From contig JBHJHA010000027.1 in the NCBI GenBank assembly GCA_050331235.1, positions 1 through 64,000 of the forward strand: a stretch of DNA of 64,000 bases, given 5' to 3'. The translations under genes and the position numbers were made by a program. How positions within the stretch are numbered: position 1 is the stretch's first letter; each line of letters begins with the position of its first letter. The notes beneath the pieces were generated by a model. That model made no database searches. It saw only the letters and a program-made list of their open reading frames with translations, and was not told the DNA's origin. Origin of the DNA: Leptolyngbyaceae cyanobacterium. Lineage in GTDB: Bacteria; Cyanobacteriota; Cyanobacteriia; Phormidesmidales; Phormidesmidaceae. Below, in pieces: positions 19,298 to 30,409 of the stretch.

Positions 19298-21343
19298 ATG
19301 TTGAATAATGCTGCTTCTAGCTCGTCCTACAGTTCCGATGAGCTGAATTTTTCGCGCGACAATTTAACTGATGTCGCCCCACTAGCCGAGAACACTCCGG
19401 CGGCCAGTGCGAGTGAGACTTCTGCATCAGAGGCCACCGCTACCGGTGCACTGTTAGAGTTTGCCCTGATTGACACCACGACTGACGAAGTCGTCCCCGG
19501 TTACGAAAGGCTGACCGACGGGGATACCATTGACCTCAAAGGTCTTACGGATACTCGATACACGATTCGAGCGATCGTCAACGCACAGCACGCCGATGCG
19601 CAAACAGTGGAAAGTGTCAAATTTGAGACCAACACCGGACAGCAAATCGAAAACATCGCCCCCTATGCCATGTTTGGCAATCGTGGAGATGACTATGCGG
19701 GAAAAGTGTTTGACACTGGGGTGCATCGCCTTTCGGTCACGGCCTACAGCGCCGATGGAGCCAAAGGCGATGCCTTAGCCACCATTGACCTCAGTTATCT
19801 GGTAGTCGACACCGCACCGGATGTCAGCACTGGCGGCGGTGACGCTGACACTTCAGACCTCGATGAGTTTGACCAGATGATGGCGGCGCTGGATGCGCTC
19901 AACGGCCAAGAATCTGCAACAGGGGCAGGTCTCACTGTTGCCGTTAATGACAGCACGGTAGAGACCATCAGCGGTAGTGAGGACGACGATACCCTGAGTA
20001 TCCGCACTCATACTGGCACCAGCACGACGACAACTGCAGACGCCGGCAGCGACCGGGTCATCCTTTATGGGTCCGAAGCGATTCCCGAAGGCAACTACCA
20101 CGACATGCTGGCGGACCTCAAAGCCAACCCCATGCAAACCGCCGCTGACTATTTCGGCGCGACCCACCGCGTCGATTTGGGTGCTGACAACCACGCCGAC
20201 AACCTCGACCTGGTCAGCGAACTCGGGGCTCGCCCGCAGTTTATGCTGAAGCATACCCAAGCCGATGGCCGCATCAATGGGGCCGGCGTCGCCGGTGAAA
20301 ACAACGCTGCCTATGACCACTGGGCTGGGGTGTTTGGCCTGATTGACATCAGCAACTTTGACGCTAGTCGCGACGCGGTGAAGCTCGCGGGGCATACTAC
20401 CACCCTGGGCGACAGCTTCACCCAAGACGGAGACTTCTACCAAACGGTCTTTTCTGAGCAAAATGCCAACGACCAAAGCGGACCGCGCGCTGGGGCGGCC
20501 CATGATGACACCTTCTTAGGGCTCTTACGCTTTGAGGACGGCGCGGCGGACGGCGCGGCCATCAGTGAGGCCATCACCGTGGACGGCATGCGCACCTTCG
20601 TTATCAAGGGCTTGGGTCAGGATGTCTTTGAAGATGACCCCACGGACAACCAAGTCGGCGACGCCATCACTGACAAAGCGCTGTTCACCTTTGCCTTGGT
20701 GAACAGCGACACCAATGAAGTCGTGCAGACGCTGACCGATGGGGCTGAGATTGACCTCAACGGTCTTGGCGTCGACCAGTTCAGTGTGGTGGCTCAGGTC
20801 AATCCTGACCATTTCTATGCCTCGGAGGTGGAGAGTGTTCAGTTTGAGTCTAATCTGGGCAATCAGACGGAAAACCTTGTGCCCTATGCGTTATTTGGTG
20901 ACATTCGCGGCGACTATCGCGGTCGTGACCTTGACGTTGGTGAGGTTAGTCTGACCGCTACTGCTTTCAGTCGTGACCGAGGGCAGGGTAAGGAGATCGC
21001 TTCGGCTAGTCTCGACTACACAATCGTGGATACTTCAGATGCCTCGGTCGATTCGCTGACGGGCATAGCTGCATCTGATTCGCTGACGGGCGACATGGCC
21101 CAGACGGATGAGCTGACGAATACATCGTTGACCATGGACACGATCGCCGCTGGTAGCGAGCTGCTGGTCGATCCTTTGGTCGATGAGTTGGCGATCGCCG
21201 CTACTGAGTCAACCATGGCCGAATCGGCGATCGTCGGCACCAGTGATGGAGATAGTGAGGCAACTGAGCTAGATCCATTCGGAGATGCGCTCCCCGTCTG
21301 CGCTCAACCCTCGCTCATGGAACCCGCCTACAGCGTTGGTTAG
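19298..21343 (+). CDS. Large acidic, probably extracellular protein with a duplicated beta-rich domain
   Basis: Two copies of FAL....DEVV..LTDG..IDL..VESV.FE...EN..PYA.FG..GDY.G..TA.S..G; very Asp/Thr/Ala-rich. Confidence 0.85.
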   Translation: MLNNAASSSSYSSDELNFSRDNLTDVAPLAENTPAASASETSASEATATGALLEFALIDTTTDEVVPGYERLTDGDTIDLKGLTDTRYTIRAIVNAQHADAQTVESVKFETNTGQQIENIAPYAMFGNRGDDYAGKVFDTGVHRLSVTAYSADGAKGDALATIDLSYLVVDTAPDVSTGGGDADTSDLDEFDQMMAALDALNGQESATGAGLTVAVNDSTVETISGSEDDDTLSIRTHTGTSTTTTADAGSDRVILYGSEAIPEGNYHDMLADLKANPMQTAADYFGATHRVDLGADNHADNLDLVSELGARPQFMLKHTQADGRINGAGVAGENNAAYDHWAGVFGLIDISNFDASRDAVKLAGHTTTLGDSFTQDGDFYQTVFSEQNANDQSGPRAGAAHDDTFLGLLRFEDGAADGAAISEAITVDGMRTFVIKGLGQDVFEDDPTDNQVGDAITDKALFTFALVNSDTNEVVQTLTDGAEIDLNGLGVDQFSVVAQVNPDHFYASEVESVQFESNLGNQTENLVPYALFGDIRGDYRGRDLDVGEVSLTATAFSRDRGQGKEIASASLDYTIVDTSDASVDSLTGIAASDSLTGDMAQTDELTNTSLTMDTIAAGSELLVDPLVDELAIAATESTMAESAIVGTSDGDSEATELDPFGDALPVCAQPSLMEPAYSVG

Positions 21344-21390
21344 CAAACCGAACACGCTAGTCAGTCAGGAGACTGCTCGCGTGTATAGCT

Positions 21391-21421
21391 TCCCTCTCTC
21401 AGCTTTTGGGAGAGGGATTTC
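21391..21421 (+). terminator. Hairpin/terminator
   Basis: TCCCTCTCTC-AGCTTTT-GGGAGAGGGA-TTT. Confidence 0.5.
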
Positions 21422-21449
21422 TTAGCTCGGTTCTTTCAGAGTTAAAAAC

Positions 21450-21566
21450 TAATACCAATTCCCTGTAATAGCGCTACAGATTTGAAGATCCACCGCTGTC
21501 GCGGCCCCCTTGAAAAAGGGGCTTTGAAGAATCTATATGTCGTCGTGATTCGCAGAAACAGGATAA
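21450..21566. repeat. Degenerate palindromic dispersed repeat (REP/MITE-like)
   Basis: Central GCCCCCTT-GAAA-AAGGGGC hairpin with imperfect outer inverted arms. Confidence 0.4.
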
Positions 21567-21703
21567 GAAGCCGTTTCTCCGCTTTCAGCTTGCTTTCTTC
21601 TCCACAATGGAAGCTGCACTGGTCGTTTGCCGCAACCGGCTATGTTGATTGGTGTAATTTTGACTTAGCGCGACCCAATTTTTGCTCTGACTCACTAAAA
21701 GCG

Positions 21704-22615
21704 ATGGATACTCCCTGGCCCCAATTGACGCTCGAAGACTGGCAGGACACCTACGTCACCTTACATATGTGGACTCAAATTGTTGGAAAAATCCGCTTGG
21801 TGCAGACGCCCTGGATTAACCACTCTTGGCACGTGCCGCTTTACCTCACCACCCAGGGACTAACAACCAGCACCATCCCCTATGGCGATCGCATCTTTCA
21901 AATTGACTTTGACTTTCTTCACCATCGTTTATTGCTTACGACTGCCGCAGGAGCAAGCCAGACGGTTGAGCTCCGGCCTCGTTCTGTTGCCGATTTTTAT
22001 CGGGCGGTGATGGCGGCGTTGCAGGTCCTGGAACTAGACATTCACATCAACACCCGCCCCAATGAGATACCCGAGCCGATTCCCTTTGAGCAAGATGAAA
22101 CCCATACCAGCTATGACGGGAAAGCAGTGCAGCGATTTTGGCAGGTGCTGTTGCAGAGCGATCGCGTTTTTAAGGAATTTCGGTCCCACTTTTGCGGCAA
22201 GGTTAGTCCCGTCCATTTCTTTTGGGGCAGCTTTGACTTAGCGGTTACTCGCTTTTCGGGGCGATCGGCTCCCGAGCATCCAGGGGGAGTGCCCAACTTA
22301 CCCGACGCTGTCGCCAAAGAAGCCTATAACCAAGAAGTCAGCAGTGCTGGCTTTTGGCCAGGGGCTGGCTTGGGCTACCCCGCCTTCTATTCCTATACCT
22401 ATCCCACTCCCGAGGGATTCAAAGATGCCCCCGTACAGCCCGAAGCCGCATTTTTCCATCAGGAACTGGGGGAGTTTGTGCTGCCCTACGAGGCAGTAAG
22501 AACGGCAGACGACCCTGACCAAGCCCTCCTGCTCTATTTACAGAGTACCTATGACGCCGCGGCGGACTCAGCCCAATGGGACAAAGATACCCTGCGGCAA
22601 ACCTGGTTTAAGTAG
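21704..22615 (+). CDS. DUF5996 family protein
   Basis: TLHMWTQIVGKIRL..NHSWH; SPVHFFWGSFDLAVTRFSGR; AFYSYTYP. Confidence 0.88.
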   Translation: MDTPWPQLTLEDWQDTYVTLHMWTQIVGKIRLVQTPWINHSWHVPLYLTTQGLTTSTIPYGDRIFQIDFDFLHHRLLLTTAAGASQTVELRPRSVADFYRAVMAALQVLELDIHINTRPNEIPEPIPFEQDETHTSYDGKAVQRFWQVLLQSDRVFKEFRSHFCGKVSPVHFFWGSFDLAVTRFSGRSAPEHPGGVPNLPDAVAKEAYNQEVSSAGFWPGAGLGYPAFYSYTYPTPEGFKDAPVQPEAAFFHQELGEFVLPYEAVRTADDPDQALLLYLQSTYDAAADSAQWDKDTLRQTWFK

Positions 22616-22623
22616 CCGTGCCT

Positions 22624-23739
22624 TTAAGCTGGATGAAAATAAAACGCAATGCCCAAAATCGCGAAGGTCGCTAAAAGCAACACCCCTTCGAGCCAGTTGG
22701 AACGACCATCCAGACTGATAAGGTTCACCAGCGCCACCGCAATGATGATAGCCACCACCTCAAATAAATTGAAGTTCAAATCCATGGGCTGTCCGATCGC
22801 CTGACCGACGAGCACCAGCACTGGCACGATCAATAGCGCCACCAGCAAACTAGAGCCCATCGAAATGGAAACGGCCAGATCCATGTTGTCCTTTGCCGCA
22901 ACGCGCACGGCGGTCAAGTACTCGGCTGCCCCCCCGACCAACGGCACTAAAATCACTCCAGAAAAGAGTTCTGTAAAACCAAGGCTGGCCGTTGCCTCTT
23001 CTAAAGCTGCCACAAAAATCTCGGAGATAAAGGCGACACCCAGGGTCGCAGTGAGCAAGACGCCCACCCATAGCCAAAGGTTGGGCTTTTCTGCACCGTG
23101 AACAGCGTCAGGGTCAATCTCTAAATCTTCTACCCCCACATCGTACAGATAGCTATGGGTCTTGAGGGAAAAGAACAGCGTTAGGGCATAGACCACCACC
23201 AGCACGATCGCGACGGTAAAGGAAAGCCGGGAAATCGTCTCGGGCTCAACCACCGTCGACGTTTTGATCAGTAAGGCTGGCAGCACCAGCGCCGTGACTG
23301 CGAGGGTCATTGTGGAGCCATTGATGCGGGCAACCACCGAAGCAAATTCCTGCTCTTTATATTTGATACCGCCCACCAGCATCGAGAGACCCATCACCAA
23401 TAGCAAATTGGCCAGCAGGGCACCGGTAATACTGGCCTTGACCACTCCCACCAGTCCGGCTTTGAGCGCAACCAGGGCAATAATCAATTCCGTAGCGTTG
23501 CCAAACACGGCATTGAGCAAGCCGCCAATGGAGGGGCCGGTAATGACCGCCACTTCTTCGGTGGCGGTGCTGAGCCACATTGCCAGGGGCACAATGGCGA
23601 TCGCCGAGACCGCAAACACGATCATGGCATCCAGCTCCACCCGTTCGGCCCAAATGGCCAGTGGCACAAAAACGAGCAGGCCAAAGGAAATCAGATTTGT
23701 TAGGGAAAACAGGGTTTGGGGTTTGGCGGCAGTAGACAC
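22624..23739 (-). CDS. cax: Ca2+/H+ antiporter
   Basis: GGLLNAVFGNATELII, LFFSLKTH, GGAAE, DGRSNWLEG; start codon estimated. Confidence 0.93.
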   Translation of the reverse strand: MSTAAKPQTLFSLTNLISFGLLVFVPLAIWAERVELDAMIVFAVSAIAIVPLAMWLSTATEEVAVITGPSIGGLLNAVFGNATELIIALVALKAGLVGVVKASITGALLANLLLVMGLSMLVGGIKYKEQEFASVVARINGSTMTLAVTALVLPALLIKTSTVVEPETISRLSFTVAIVLVVVYALTLFFSLKTHSYLYDVGVEDLEIDPDAVHGAEKPNLWLWVGVLLTATLGVAFISEIFVAALEEATASLGFTELFSGVILVPLVGGAAEYLTAVRVAAKDNMDLAVSISMGSSLLVALLIVPVLVLVGQAIGQPMDLNFNLFEVVAIIIAVALVNLISLDGRSNWLEGVLLLATFAILGIAFYFHPA

Positions 23740-23916
23740 GGGCAAAGGAATCCTCAACAGTGAACAAATTGCTGCATCTCTTGGTAGCCAGCGACAACCA
23801 ACCATATCGTATCTCTTGCTAAAACTAGGCCAGCTTGGCTCAGCTGCCGCAATGTCACGATAGTCAAGGTATCCCCTCTACCCGGAACCCAGGGCCCAGG
23901 CAAAATTTCATGACGC

Positions 23917-25548
23917 TCAAGGGGATTGAGTCGCCAGCAGCGGAGCCGTCCCCAGTAGCTCTTGCGTGTAAGGATGCTGGGGCTCGTTAAAAAGGGTCGC
24001 GGTGGAGCCCATTTCAACAATCTGGCCTGATTGCATGACGGCAATGCGATCGCAAAGGTATCGCGCTACCCATAGATCATGGGTAATGAACAGGTAGGTA
24101 AGGTCAAATTCCTCCTTGAGCTCTAGCATCAGCGCCAATACCTGAGCTTGAATGCTGGCGTCGAGCATACTCACCGGTTCATCGCAGACCACCAGCTTGG
24201 GGCGCGTGATCAAGGCACGGGCGATCGCCACCCGCTGCTGCTGCCCCCCGGAGAGATCGCCGGGATAGCGGCCGATATAGTCCTCTACAGGCGTCAGGCC
24301 AACGCGCTCCATCATGGCTCGCACCTGCTGATCTAGCTCCGCCCCTGTGGCCAACTTGTGAATCCGGAGCGGGTCGCTAATGCCTCGTCCCACGGTCATC
24401 ATCGGATTCAAACAGGCGTGAGGGTCTTGAAACACCATTTGCATATCCCGCCGCTGGGTTTGCAGGTCGGCCCGTGATAAGCGCGTGATGTCTTTACCGA
24501 GAAATTTGACCTGTCCAGAGCTGGCTGGAATGATCTGCAATAGCGTACGGGAAAGGGTGCTTTTGCCGCAGCCCGATTCACCCACTAAGCCAAACACTTC
24601 ACCGTGGTACAGCGCGAAGGAGCCCCCATCCACCGCCTTAATCACCTGATTAGTCTGTTGTCCCAAGAGCCGAGCCAGCGGATTGGCTTTCAGGGTGTAG
24701 TGCTTGATCAAATTTTGCACTTCCAATAAGGGTGCGGCCGTTTGCTCAATTTCGTGTCGAATGGCAGCCTGCTGCAAGTCAATGGCAGATTGCAGCAGCG
24801 ATTTTGTGTAGTCGTGCTCAGGGGTTTGCAGCACCTGCTGTGATGGACCCAGCTCCACCAGTTTGCCTTGGTACATGACGGCAACGCGATCGCAATACTC
24901 AGCCACTAACGCAAGGTCATGGGAAATCAAAATTAGGCCCATGTGACGCTCCCGACAGAGGCGGGTTAGCTCCGACAAAATTTGCGTGGACACCGTGACG
25001 TCTAAGCTGGTGGTCGGTTCGTCGGCTACGATCAGCTTCGGGTTTAGCACTAGCGCTAGGGCGATCGCCACCCGCTGCCGCATGCCGCCACTAAATTCGT
25101 GGGGATACTGACTCCAGCGGTCAGCGGGAATGCTCACCGCAGATAAAGCCGCGAGCGATCGCGCTTTTGCTGCCGACTTAGAAAGCTGAGGTTCATGGGC
25201 CAACAAGGTTTCAACGCAGTGATCGCCAATGGTCATCAGCGGATCGAGGCGTGTCATCGGGTCTTGAAAGATGAGCGATACCGCCTCGCCGCGAAAGTGA
25301 CGCAGCGCCTGGGGCGTCATCGCGGGAATCGAGCGCCCCTCAAACGTCGCGTCTCCGACAATCTCAGTGCCCTTGGGTAAAAGCCGCAGTGCCGCTCGGC
25401 CCAACGTGCTTTTGCCGCAACCCGATTCGCCAACCAGCCCCAAAATGTCACCAGGGGCCAGCGTCAATGACACATCATCGACGGCCCAAGTCGTTTGCCC
25501 AGGGTAAGAAACGCGAAAATTTTTTAGAGACAGGAGACTATCGGACAT
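23917..25548 (-). CDS. Peptide/nickel-type ABC ATP-binding protein, two NBDs
   Basis: Two GESGCGKST motifs; FSGGMRQR and LSGGQQQR. Confidence 0.93.
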   Translation of the reverse strand: MSDSLLSLKNFRVSYPGQTTWAVDDVSLTLAPGDILGLVGESGCGKSTLGRAALRLLPKGTEIVGDATFEGRSIPAMTPQALRHFRGEAVSLIFQDPMTRLDPLMTIGDHCVETLLAHEPQLSKSAAKARSLAALSAVSIPADRWSQYPHEFSGGMRQRVAIALALVLNPKLIVADEPTTSLDVTVSTQILSELTRLCRERHMGLILISHDLALVAEYCDRVAVMYQGKLVELGPSQQVLQTPEHDYTKSLLQSAIDLQQAAIRHEIEQTAAPLLEVQNLIKHYTLKANPLARLLGQQTNQVIKAVDGGSFALYHGEVFGLVGESGCGKSTLSRTLLQIIPASSGQVKFLGKDITRLSRADLQTQRRDMQMVFQDPHACLNPMMTVGRGISDPLRIHKLATGAELDQQVRAMMERVGLTPVEDYIGRYPGDLSGGQQQRVAIARALITRPKLVVCDEPVSMLDASIQAQVLALMLELKEEFDLTYLFITHDLWVARYLCDRIAVMQSGQIVEMGSTATLFNEPQHPYTQELLGTAPLLATQSP

Positions 25549-25609
25549 GCTGTTAGCCGTCAAAGGCAAATCTAGGGAGATAATCGGACCGCCACCGTAA
25601 TCAGTGAGG

Positions 25610-26188
25610 TCATTCCTCAAATCTTCGCATCAAATAGGCGACCCCAAAGTCTCCATTGGGATGTTCTTCCAACAGCTCTGCCAATTCAAAGACTTTGACC
25701 GCAATGTCAGGTCCCAGCTTTTCTATCGTGGCGTCCCTTTCGCGAATGGCCCAATCCAGAGCTTTGACCTGACTCTGCCACTGCTCGTTAAAGATATAGT
25801 CCAGGCGGTGAGTTAGCTCCAGCTGTTCGAGAACTGCCCACTCGCCGCGATCGCACCAATACCCTTTGCAGTTGGGGCAGCGCTCTACAAAGAAAATGAC
25901 CTCTTGGGGGAGCTGGATTCGCCCCCGCACCAGATAGTGACGACAATCAGGACACAGGGCCGCTCGGTTATCCAAAGAAGGCGGGTGAAAATCAATGGGC
26001 GTTTGGCTAGGAATTTTCGTAACCGTAGGCTCTGCCTCACGATCTATGCCCCGCTCATCTTGCCAGGTTTGGTAAACCTCTGGACGAACCCAAGCTCCGC
26101 CACAATCAGGGCAGCACTGAGCCGGTAGCTCTCCAGACAACATCCCATCGCTGAGTTCTACCTTCAGCTCTTTGGGGCAAAGTACCAT
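25610..26188 (-). CDS. zf-TFIIB (double zinc-ribbon) domain protein
   Basis: CPDCGGAW, CPDC, ERCPNCKGYWCDRGEW. Confidence 0.85.
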   Translation of the reverse strand: MVLCPKELKVELSDGMLSGELPAQCCPDCGGAWVRPEVYQTWQDERGIDREAEPTVTKIPSQTPIDFHPPSLDNRAALCPDCRHYLVRGRIQLPQEVIFFVERCPNCKGYWCDRGEWAVLEQLELTHRLDYIFNEQWQSQVKALDWAIRERDATIEKLGPDIAVKVFELAELLEEHPNGDFGVAYLMRRFEE

Positions 26189-26387
26189 ATCGCCACATCA
26201 CATCAACAAAGCAGATCTATTAAACCATTTCAGCTTTCACCCGTTGGCGATCAATTAGGACCTCTGTCCTGCGATCGCCCAGTCATGACAGCAGGTAGCC
26301 GCTTAGCCAGCAGCAAGCCATGATGAAAACTGCTGTAGTAATGTCCGCTGCGACAGAACTCAGGGTCAACAACGATGCCCCCCGAAA

Positions 26388-28076
26388 TTAGCCGCTGGTC
26401 TTTTGCAAGATGGACACCTCAAAAGCTTGTAAGTTGTCTGCCAGATCAATAGTTTTGTCCGTTTCATAGTCGGTCGAGAGTAAGACCGTCCAAGCTTCGC
26501 GATCGATGGGCACGTTTGTAATAAATGGCTGTTCGTAGGAAAAGTTAATGACCACTAACACCGTTTCCTCCTCCGTCTCTCGCAGGTAGGCCAGATGCTC
26601 ATGGGGAAAGTGAATAAGCGATCGCCAGCGGCCACGCTTTAGAGCCTCGCTGGATTTCCGAATTTGCAACAGCCGCCGATAGAAATTCAGAATTGAGTTG
26701 GGATCTTGCAGCTCAGTTTCGACATTTACTGCGGTGTAGTTATCATTGACCGGCAGCCACGGCTCGATGGCTTTGCCAAAGCTAAACCCGGCTTGGGCGG
26801 AGTCGTTCCACTGCATGGGGGTGCGGGCACCATCGCGGGGTGGAGGGGTATCTTCGGTATCGCTTTGCACCACAGCTCGATCCTGTAGTTTCTCTTCAGG
26901 AATATCGTTGTTGTCGACCATGCCCAGCTCTTGGCCATAGTAGAGCAATGGCGTTCCCCGGACGGTGAGTAAAAGAGCGGCCGCTGCTTTAGCGATCGCA
27001 TTGGAGTCAACACACAATCTGCACTCCACCCATCGGGACAAATTCCGCGGTATATCATGGTTATCGAGTAAGTAGCAGGGCCAGCCATCGCTCGGGGTGA
27101 GCTTTTCGTTTTTCTCAATTTCCCGTTGGAGATAGCCCGGATACCAAGGACTAAAGGGAAACTCGAAGGTAATCGGCAGGTGCAGTTCATCTTCGTCGAC
27201 CCCGTGAAAAACCACCGAATCGTAGAGGCGATTATCGATAAAGGTCTCACCGATCAAAACGCGCTCATCATAGGTGTCTAGAATGGCGCGAATCTCCCGC
27301 AAAATCTGATGATTAGTGGGCAAATTTTTGTCGTAAAGGTGGTGATAGTTGTTGTAATTATTGCGATCGGTCGCCCCATATTTCAGCGGATTGTCACGAA
27401 AGTAGGGATCTTTGCTGTACACGCTTGAGGCATCGAGGCGAAACCCATCGACGCCGCGATCAAGCCAATAGCGAATAATGTCATAAATGGCAGCCCGCAC
27501 CTCAGAATTTTGCCAGTTGAGGTCTGGCTGGTTTTCATTGAAGGTGTGAAAGTAAAACTGTCCCCGCTGCTCGCAGTAGGTCCAGCCGGTGCCCCCAAAG
27601 TAGGACTGCCAGTTGTTAGGCAAATCGCGCCCTTCTAAGGGAGTTTGCCAGAGATACCAGTCAGCTTTGGGATTATCTTTGCTCTGGCACGACTCCGCAA
27701 ACCACGGATGTTCGTTGGACGTGTGGTTGACGACTAAATCGAGAATGATCTTAATACCGCGATCGTGGGCTTGCTTCAGCAGCTCATCAAAATCGTCTAG
27801 GGTACCAAAGGTGGGGCAAATGTCTCGATAATCAACGATGTCATAACCGTTATCCACCATCGGCGACTTATTAATTGGCGATAGCCAAATGGCATCAATG
27901 CCCAGAGACGTTTCGCTCTGGGGGATGCCGTCATTTAGATAGTCAAGACGCTGGATAATGCCCTGCAAATCGCCTGTGCCGTCACCACTCGCATCGGCAA
28001 AGGTGAGTGGATAAATCTGATAAATGGTTCCAGTTTCCCACCAGCGATGAGAGCGAAGCGGTCGTAGTTCAGGCAT
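26388..28076 (-). CDS. GH13 alpha-glucosidase-like glycosidase
   Basis: YQIYP, DLVVNHTS, DGFRLDA, GET, DNHD, RDGARTPMQW. Confidence 0.95.
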   Translation of the reverse strand: MPELRPLRSHRWWETGTIYQIYPLTFADASGDGTGDLQGIIQRLDYLNDGIPQSETSLGIDAIWLSPINKSPMVDNGYDIVDYRDICPTFGTLDDFDELLKQAHDRGIKIILDLVVNHTSNEHPWFAESCQSKDNPKADWYLWQTPLEGRDLPNNWQSYFGGTGWTYCEQRGQFYFHTFNENQPDLNWQNSEVRAAIYDIIRYWLDRGVDGFRLDASSVYSKDPYFRDNPLKYGATDRNNYNNYHHLYDKNLPTNHQILREIRAILDTYDERVLIGETFIDNRLYDSVVFHGVDEDELHLPITFEFPFSPWYPGYLQREIEKNEKLTPSDGWPCYLLDNHDIPRNLSRWVECRLCVDSNAIAKAAAALLLTVRGTPLLYYGQELGMVDNNDIPEEKLQDRAVVQSDTEDTPPPRDGARTPMQWNDSAQAGFSFGKAIEPWLPVNDNYTAVNVETELQDPNSILNFYRRLLQIRKSSEALKRGRWRSLIHFPHEHLAYLRETEEETVLVVINFSYEQPFITNVPIDREAWTVLLSTDYETDKTIDLADNLQAFEVSILQKTSG

Positions 28077-28417
28077 ACCCGAAAGTCCTTTCTATTTGCT
28101 GGGGAACTGTTCAACTATGATGACGGTTCTTTCCTTTGTCTGCCTAAAAAAAGCGTAAAAGTTGATGTGTGGCGCGCCGCCGTCAGGTTGGGACATCTTC
28201 GATCGCCCGATTGCCAATGGGGAGGACCTCCCTTGTACCTAAACCTTGCATTTTTCTATCCTCTGCTAGATAAGCCGCGCTGATTCATGGAGCGGCCTTG
28301 CCCCCCAAGCACTTTACCCCTATCTCTTAATCATCAGTTCTGGTTCGCCTTGATGCCGCCCTAGCTGCTCGCGATCGCACCTCGGTTGAGCTCAAAATAG
28401 CCTTGCTGATGAACCGG

Positions 28418-30409
28418 CTAAATCGCCCGTGACTCCGTTCCGGCATCCAAGTTAGGTCGCAACTTAAAACGCACCGCAATCACCGTAATGTTGTCATGGC
28501 CATTGTGCTCGTTGGCTAAGTCGATAAGGTTGGCCACCCCCTCTTCTAAGTCGGCCTTCGACCGCATGAGCGGATCGAGATGCGACTCGACATGGGTTTC
28601 TAGCAGGTCATTGTCGCTCAGCCCATCTGAACACAGCAAAAATAGCGTATCTTGGCTGATCGTTAGCCGAGTAATTGTGGGGGCGACTTCGCTATTGCTC
28701 CGGGGTCCTAGGGCCTGGGTGAGCTGGTAAGCATCTGGGCGAGCGTAGGCGATCGCGGGCTCAACACCACGATTAATTTCGCGCTGACCCACTTCGTGAT
28801 CGGTCGTAACTTGCTGAATCCCCTGGCGGGTGAGGCCATAGAGTCGGCTATCACCGACATGGGCCACCAGGGTCTGCTGGCCATCGACCAACATAAGCAC
28901 CAGGGTTGTTCCCATGCGCGCATTGCCCGCCCGGCCTTCCAACTCATTTTTTTCAAAGATAACTTGGTTAGCGTGGAGAATGGCCGCTTTGATGGTGTCA
29001 TCGTCAGGGAGCGTATCCCCCCAGCCTCGGGCAAAGTGATCGCGCAAAGTCTTTACGGCTAAATGACTCGCTACCTCTCCTCCAGAGTGGCCGCCCATGC
29101 CATCACAGAGAATATAAAGGCCCCGGGCGTTGAGATAAGAACCCACTGGACTGTCCGTCCGCAGCAGCTGCGTTTCCGCAAAAAAGGAGTCCTCATTGTG
29201 CGATCGCTGCCGCCCCACATGGGTACGCCCCACCTCATCAAGCCGCACCAGCTTCATGGGCAAGGCGATTGTCGGCAGATCACCGACATTATTTTCTTCA
29301 GCGGCGATCGCCTCATCAAGGTCATTGAGCTTGTCAAGGTCATCAGGCAGTAGCCAATCATCCACCATTAAATCGGGGGGCTCCTCTACATCAGGGGTCG
29401 CTTCTGCGGCAGTAGCACCGGTCAAGGAAGCCAGCGGCGGCTCCGGGTCAGCAGCGGCAGCGTCGGTGTCACTGATCAAGGGGGAGGTCACTACCTCCGC
29501 TTCTTGAATCTGCTCAGCAACAGCCGCTAGGCGCGCTTTGACGACCGACAGCTCCACTGCTTCACCGGCGGCCATGTCCGCGAATAGGTTTTCCATGGCA
29601 GCGATTTTGGGGGCGGCGAGGTCAGGCAGCCAAATTTGCCAAAACGCTCCCAATGCTTGCAAACCGGGGGGGCGATCGCTGGGGTTAAAAATGAGTCGTT
29701 GCAAACAGACGACTTGATCATCATCCACGCGAATATTGTCTGGCACCAAGAGACTTGACTCGGCCTCAAACGCTGCCAGCCTCTGCCAGAGGGTCAACAT
29801 TTCGTAAAACCAGTGGACAAACTCCAGTGGCTCCACTGGTTCATCATTGGCCAAGGCTGCCAGCGTTTGCCAGTGGGAACGATCTTCCAAAACTGTGACC
29901 GCCACATCGCGCGTTTGCCAGGCAGCGTGGAGTTCTGGCACCATTGGATAGAGGGGCTCCTGGAGCTTCCAATAGGGAAACGCTAGCGGCGGAATCATTG
30001 CATCCAGGTCATTTTCTTCCACATCATCGGGAATCGTATCCAAAAACTCGATGAGCGGCGAATCGGCAGCGGGCTCTCCATCTAGGATATTGAGCATTAC
30101 TTCATCCCGGTTTAAGGAGATTTGCGCATCGGCCGGCTGCCGGAGTTGATAGCGTGGATGCTTCTTCAGTTGATAATTGTCCGTGAGGAGTTGAGCTACA
30201 GTACTCGTAGTTTGAGCCCGCTCAGCGGCAAGGGTAGCAGCGGTGGCGGTCGCTTCGGCTTTGCGGTCGAGCTCGACGGTTGCTTGCGGCTCAGACTCAA
30301 GACCGATAGGCAGGATAATGGCCTGTAGCCCCTTCAGGGCATTCCCGCATTGCTGGCAAAACCGATTGTGGGAGGGGTTCTCAAATTGGCAGTGCGGACA
30401 GACAAACAT
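28418..30409 (-). CDS. PP2C-type Ser/Thr phosphatase with N-terminal zinc ribbon
   Basis: CPHC..FCQQC; NEDS, LCDGMGGH, HVGDSR, LLCSDGL, GHDNIT. Confidence 0.95.
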   Translation of the reverse strand: MFVCPHCQFENPSHNRFCQQCGNALKGLQAIILPIGLESEPQATVELDRKAEATATAATLAAERAQTTSTVAQLLTDNYQLKKHPRYQLRQPADAQISLNRDEVMLNILDGEPAADSPLIEFLDTIPDDVEENDLDAMIPPLAFPYWKLQEPLYPMVPELHAAWQTRDVAVTVLEDRSHWQTLAALANDEPVEPLEFVHWFYEMLTLWQRLAAFEAESSLLVPDNIRVDDDQVVCLQRLIFNPSDRPPGLQALGAFWQIWLPDLAAPKIAAMENLFADMAAGEAVELSVVKARLAAVAEQIQEAEVVTSPLISDTDAAAADPEPPLASLTGATAAEATPDVEEPPDLMVDDWLLPDDLDKLNDLDEAIAAEENNVGDLPTIALPMKLVRLDEVGRTHVGRQRSHNEDSFFAETQLLRTDSPVGSYLNARGLYILCDGMGGHSGGEVASHLAVKTLRDHFARGWGDTLPDDDTIKAAILHANQVIFEKNELEGRAGNARMGTTLVLMLVDGQQTLVAHVGDSRLYGLTRQGIQQVTTDHEVGQREINRGVEPAIAYARPDAYQLTQALGPRSNSEVAPTITRLTISQDTLFLLCSDGLSDNDLLETHVESHLDPLMRSKADLEEGVANLIDLANEHNGHDNITVIAVRFKLRPNLDAGTESRAI

